The notes under the pieces are model-generated. The model ran no database searches. It worked only from the letters and a program-made list of their open reading frames with translations, and was not told the origin of the DNA. A DNA stretch of 32,000 bases from Candidatus Baldrarchaeota archaeon. GTDB lineage: Archaea; Asgardarchaeota; Baldrarchaeia; Baldrarchaeales; DXJG01. The position numbers were made by a program, and so were the translations under genes. Shown in pieces: positions 29,804 to 32,000 of this stretch. Where the stretch lies: the NCBI GenBank assembly GCA_019056805.1, contig DXJG01000002.1, forward strand, positions 136,907 to 168,906, read 5' to 3'. How positions within the stretch are numbered: position 1 is the stretch's first letter; every line of letters starts with the position of its first letter.

Positions 29804-30253
29804 ATGTCTTTTAAAGTCGGCGATATAATGACAAAAGAGGTTGTAACTGTTAGTCTCGGAAAAACAGTTCAAGAAACAGTTGAGATAATGAATGAAAAAG
29901 AAATTGGATGTGTAGTTGTAGTTAAAGATAATACCCCAGTGGGAATTGTTACAGAAAGAGACGTTTTAAAGAAAATCGTAGTTGAAGGAAAAGATCCAAA
30001 GAAAACTAAGGTCGAAGAAATAATGTCATCCCCGCTTATAACAGGTTCCCCTGACATGACTCTAGAAGATGCTGCTAAACTTTTGGTTTTAAAAAGAATT
30101 AAAAAACTTCCAATAGTTGAAAAAGGAAAGTTAATAGGCATTATAACACTTTTTGACATTGTTAGATGGGAGCCTCTAGCAGTCAACATTTTAAAGAAAG
30201 CTTTAGCAGCAGAAAAACTACCTCCACATATGAAGAAATTTCTGAAAGAATAA
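29804..30253 (+). CDS. CBS-pair domain protein
   Basis: VGDIMTKEVVTV...VGIVTERD...IMSSPLIT...IKKLPIV..GKLIGIITLFD. Confidence 0.93.
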   Translation: MSFKVGDIMTKEVVTVSLGKTVQETVEIMNEKEIGCVVVVKDNTPVGIVTERDVLKKIVVEGKDPKKTKVEEIMSSPLITGSPDMTLEDAAKLLVLKRIKKLPIVEKGKLIGIITLFDIVRWEPLAVNILKKALAAEKLPPHMKKFLKE

Positions 30254-30271
30254 TCATTTGAGAGTGATCAT

Positions 30272-30775
30272 ATGCCTCTCATACCATACAAAAATAGATC
30301 ACCTAACATAGATAAAGCGATTTTCATCGCATCTAATGCAACTCTCGTTGGACAGGTTACCTTAATGCGTGGAGTTAGCATCTGGTTTGGAGCGGTGCTT
30401 AAAGGCGATAGTAAGGAGGTTTTCATAGATGAAAATTCTGCGGTTCTTGAAAACTGCTTTGTCGAAGGATCTACTATAGGAAAAGAATCGCTAATTAGTC
30501 ATGGAGCAATTTTACATTCATGCAACATAGGAAATAACGTCCTAGTTGGTATAGGTGCTATCATCCTGGACAATGTTAAAATATGTGACAACAGCATAGT
30601 TGCTGCTGGTTCGGTAATTCCACCTGGAATCAAAGTTGCAGAGGGCACCGTAGTTGCTGGTGTACCTGCGAAAACCATTAGAAAAGTAAAGGAAGAAGAC
30701 ATCACTAACATTAAAAACTCGCTAAAAACTATTAGGGAGAAAGCATTAGTATATAGTAGAGTTCTGAATATTTAG
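30272..30775 (+). CDS. Gamma-carbonic-anhydrase-like / hexapeptide-repeat protein (YrdA/PaaY-like)
   Basis: Left-handed beta-helix repeats, SIWFGAVLKGD, ISHGAILHSC, GVPAKTIR. Confidence 0.88.
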   Translation: MPLIPYKNRSPNIDKAIFIASNATLVGQVTLMRGVSIWFGAVLKGDSKEVFIDENSAVLENCFVEGSTIGKESLISHGAILHSCNIGNNVLVGIGAIILDNVKICDNSIVAAGSVIPPGIKVAEGTVVAGVPAKTIRKVKEEDITNIKNSLKTIREKALVYSRVLNI

Positions 30776-30789
30776 GAGGTGGAAATTAA

Positions 30790-31311
30790 ATGGATATATT
30801 TGAATGTATTAAGGGGAGAAGAAGTATCCGCGCGTTTACATCTGATCCAGTAAGAGAAGAAGACCTTAAAAAAATCTTAGAAGCTGCTATATATGCTCCT
30901 AGTGCAGGTAATCTTCAAAGCTGGGAATTTGTCATAGTTCGAGATAAGGATAGAAAGCTTCAATTAGCTCGAGCAGCATTAAACCAGACATTTATTGCTG
31001 AAGCACCTGTAGTAATAGTAGTTTGTGCAAATCTTGCAAGGTCGGGTAGAATTTATGGCGAACGAGGACGAACCCTCTACTGTATTCAGGATACAGCAGC
31101 AGCCATTCAAAACATCCTACTCACAGCTTATGCTCTTGGTTATGGTACATGTTGGGTTGGCGCCTTTAGAGAGGAGGATGCTAGCAAAATATTAAAATTA
31201 CCGCCAGATGTTCGGCCTGTTGCAATCATTCCAATTGGAAGACCAGCTGAAAGACCTGCTCCAAGACCGAGAATGCCGCTGGACAAAGTTGTACACTACG
31301 AAGTATTTTGA
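30790..31311 (+). CDS. Nitroreductase family protein
   Basis: [41 protein letters not shown]. Confidence 0.95.
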   Translation: MDIFECIKGRRSIRAFTSDPVREEDLKKILEAAIYAPSAGNLQSWEFVIVRDKDRKLQLARAALNQTFIAEAPVVIVVCANLARSGRIYGERGRTLYCIQDTAAAIQNILLTAYALGYGTCWVGAFREEDASKILKLPPDVRPVAIIPIGRPAERPAPRPRMPLDKVVHYEVF

Positions 31312-31398
31312 GAAAATTAATCATTCAATTACATGCAATCTAAGTAAAATATTATTTATTTTATGAATTAAAAAGGTAAGATTCAAGGTTAACAAGTT

Positions 31399-32000
31399 TT
31401 ATCTTACTTTAATTGCTACTATTCTAACGAATTCAGCTGTGTCTTCGCTAAAATCTGCAATATTTTCAATGCATTCTATAAATGTGTGAAGGGTTATTGC
31501 GTTAAAAGGAGTTTTTAAATAATCCCATGACATCTTTAAGAGATGTTTTCTCACATTCATATGGCTTTCATCTACAACATGCTCTAAACGGTCAACTGCG
31601 TCAGCATATTTGATTATTGTTTCTACAGGATCTTTGCCGAGCCTAATAATCATTTCGTACATCTTATCTACGCAATTAACAACATCCTTTATCATTTTCA
31701 GGAGTTTTTCCTTAAATTCTGCATCTCCGGTAATTATACTTTCATCTAAAAGGTTTAAACGCCTTGCAGCAGCATTTGCAAAATTAGCTACACTATCTAA
31801 TCTTTTAGCAAGATGTGCAAGGTCTTCTCTATGGGCGGAAACTAACGCTCCTTCAGTTAATATTACCATGATTCTTTTTCTAATACTATCAGCTTCACTT
31901 TCAATTTCCGATATTCTTCTAATTCCGAGTTTTGCTTCATCTACTTTTCCATCGCTAAAAAGCTTAATTACTTTTTCCAATTCTAGTACGCAATCATAAA
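31399..32000 (-). CDS. DUF47 / TIGR00153 PhoU-like protein, 5' end outside window
   Basis: ISEIESEADSIRK...LAKRLDSVAN...VDRLEHVVD...IENIADFSED; frame stays open to the window edge (YDCVLELEKVI). Confidence 0.85.
   Translation of the reverse strand, partial: YDCVLELEKVIKLFSDGKVDEAKLGIRRISEIESEADSIRKRIMVILTEGALVSAHREDLAHLAKRLDSVANFANAAARRLNLLDESIITGDAEFKEKLLKMIKDVVNCVDKMYEMIIRLGKDPVETIIKYADAVDRLEHVVDESHMNVRKHLLKMSWDYLKTPFNAITLHTFIECIENIADFSEDTAEFVRIVAIKVR

Overview
AT-rich archaeal chromosomal window (TACK/Asgard-like gene content; lineage not determinable here). Left ~9.7 kb is accessory: a fused type IIG-like restriction-modification gene running off the left edge, a DUF365/PUA-like gene bracketed by a 79-bp direct repeat of the RM gene's 5' end, and a 1.6-kaa secreted/membrane protein coupled to a 366-aa unknown. 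The rest is housekeeping: SAM methyltransferase, Sm/Lsm, DUF460, ArsR-type regulator, herA, nurA, pyrG, purA, alaS, COG1709-type HTH regulator, TFS/RpoM-like protein, rtcB, short XPF/ERCC4 nuclease, UPF0282 hydrolase, class I GAPDH, CBS protein, gamma-CA-like protein, nitroreductase, DUF47. The main discoveries are at the RNA level and missing from the ORF track. (1) pyrG (CTP synthase) is interrupted by a 32-nt intron (18106-18137) forming a canonical bulge-helix-bulge; removal restores the conserved IKIDP-Y-LNVDPGT motif, while the unspliced message hits UAA at the 5' splice site. (2) Three intergenic box C/D guide RNAs (9770-9830 +, 18407-18483 +, 18595-18653 -) are predicted to target large-subunit rRNA positions equivalent to yeast Gm2288, Cm2959 and Am2281. 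All translations, pairings and rRNA numbering were done by hand or from recall, with no database search.
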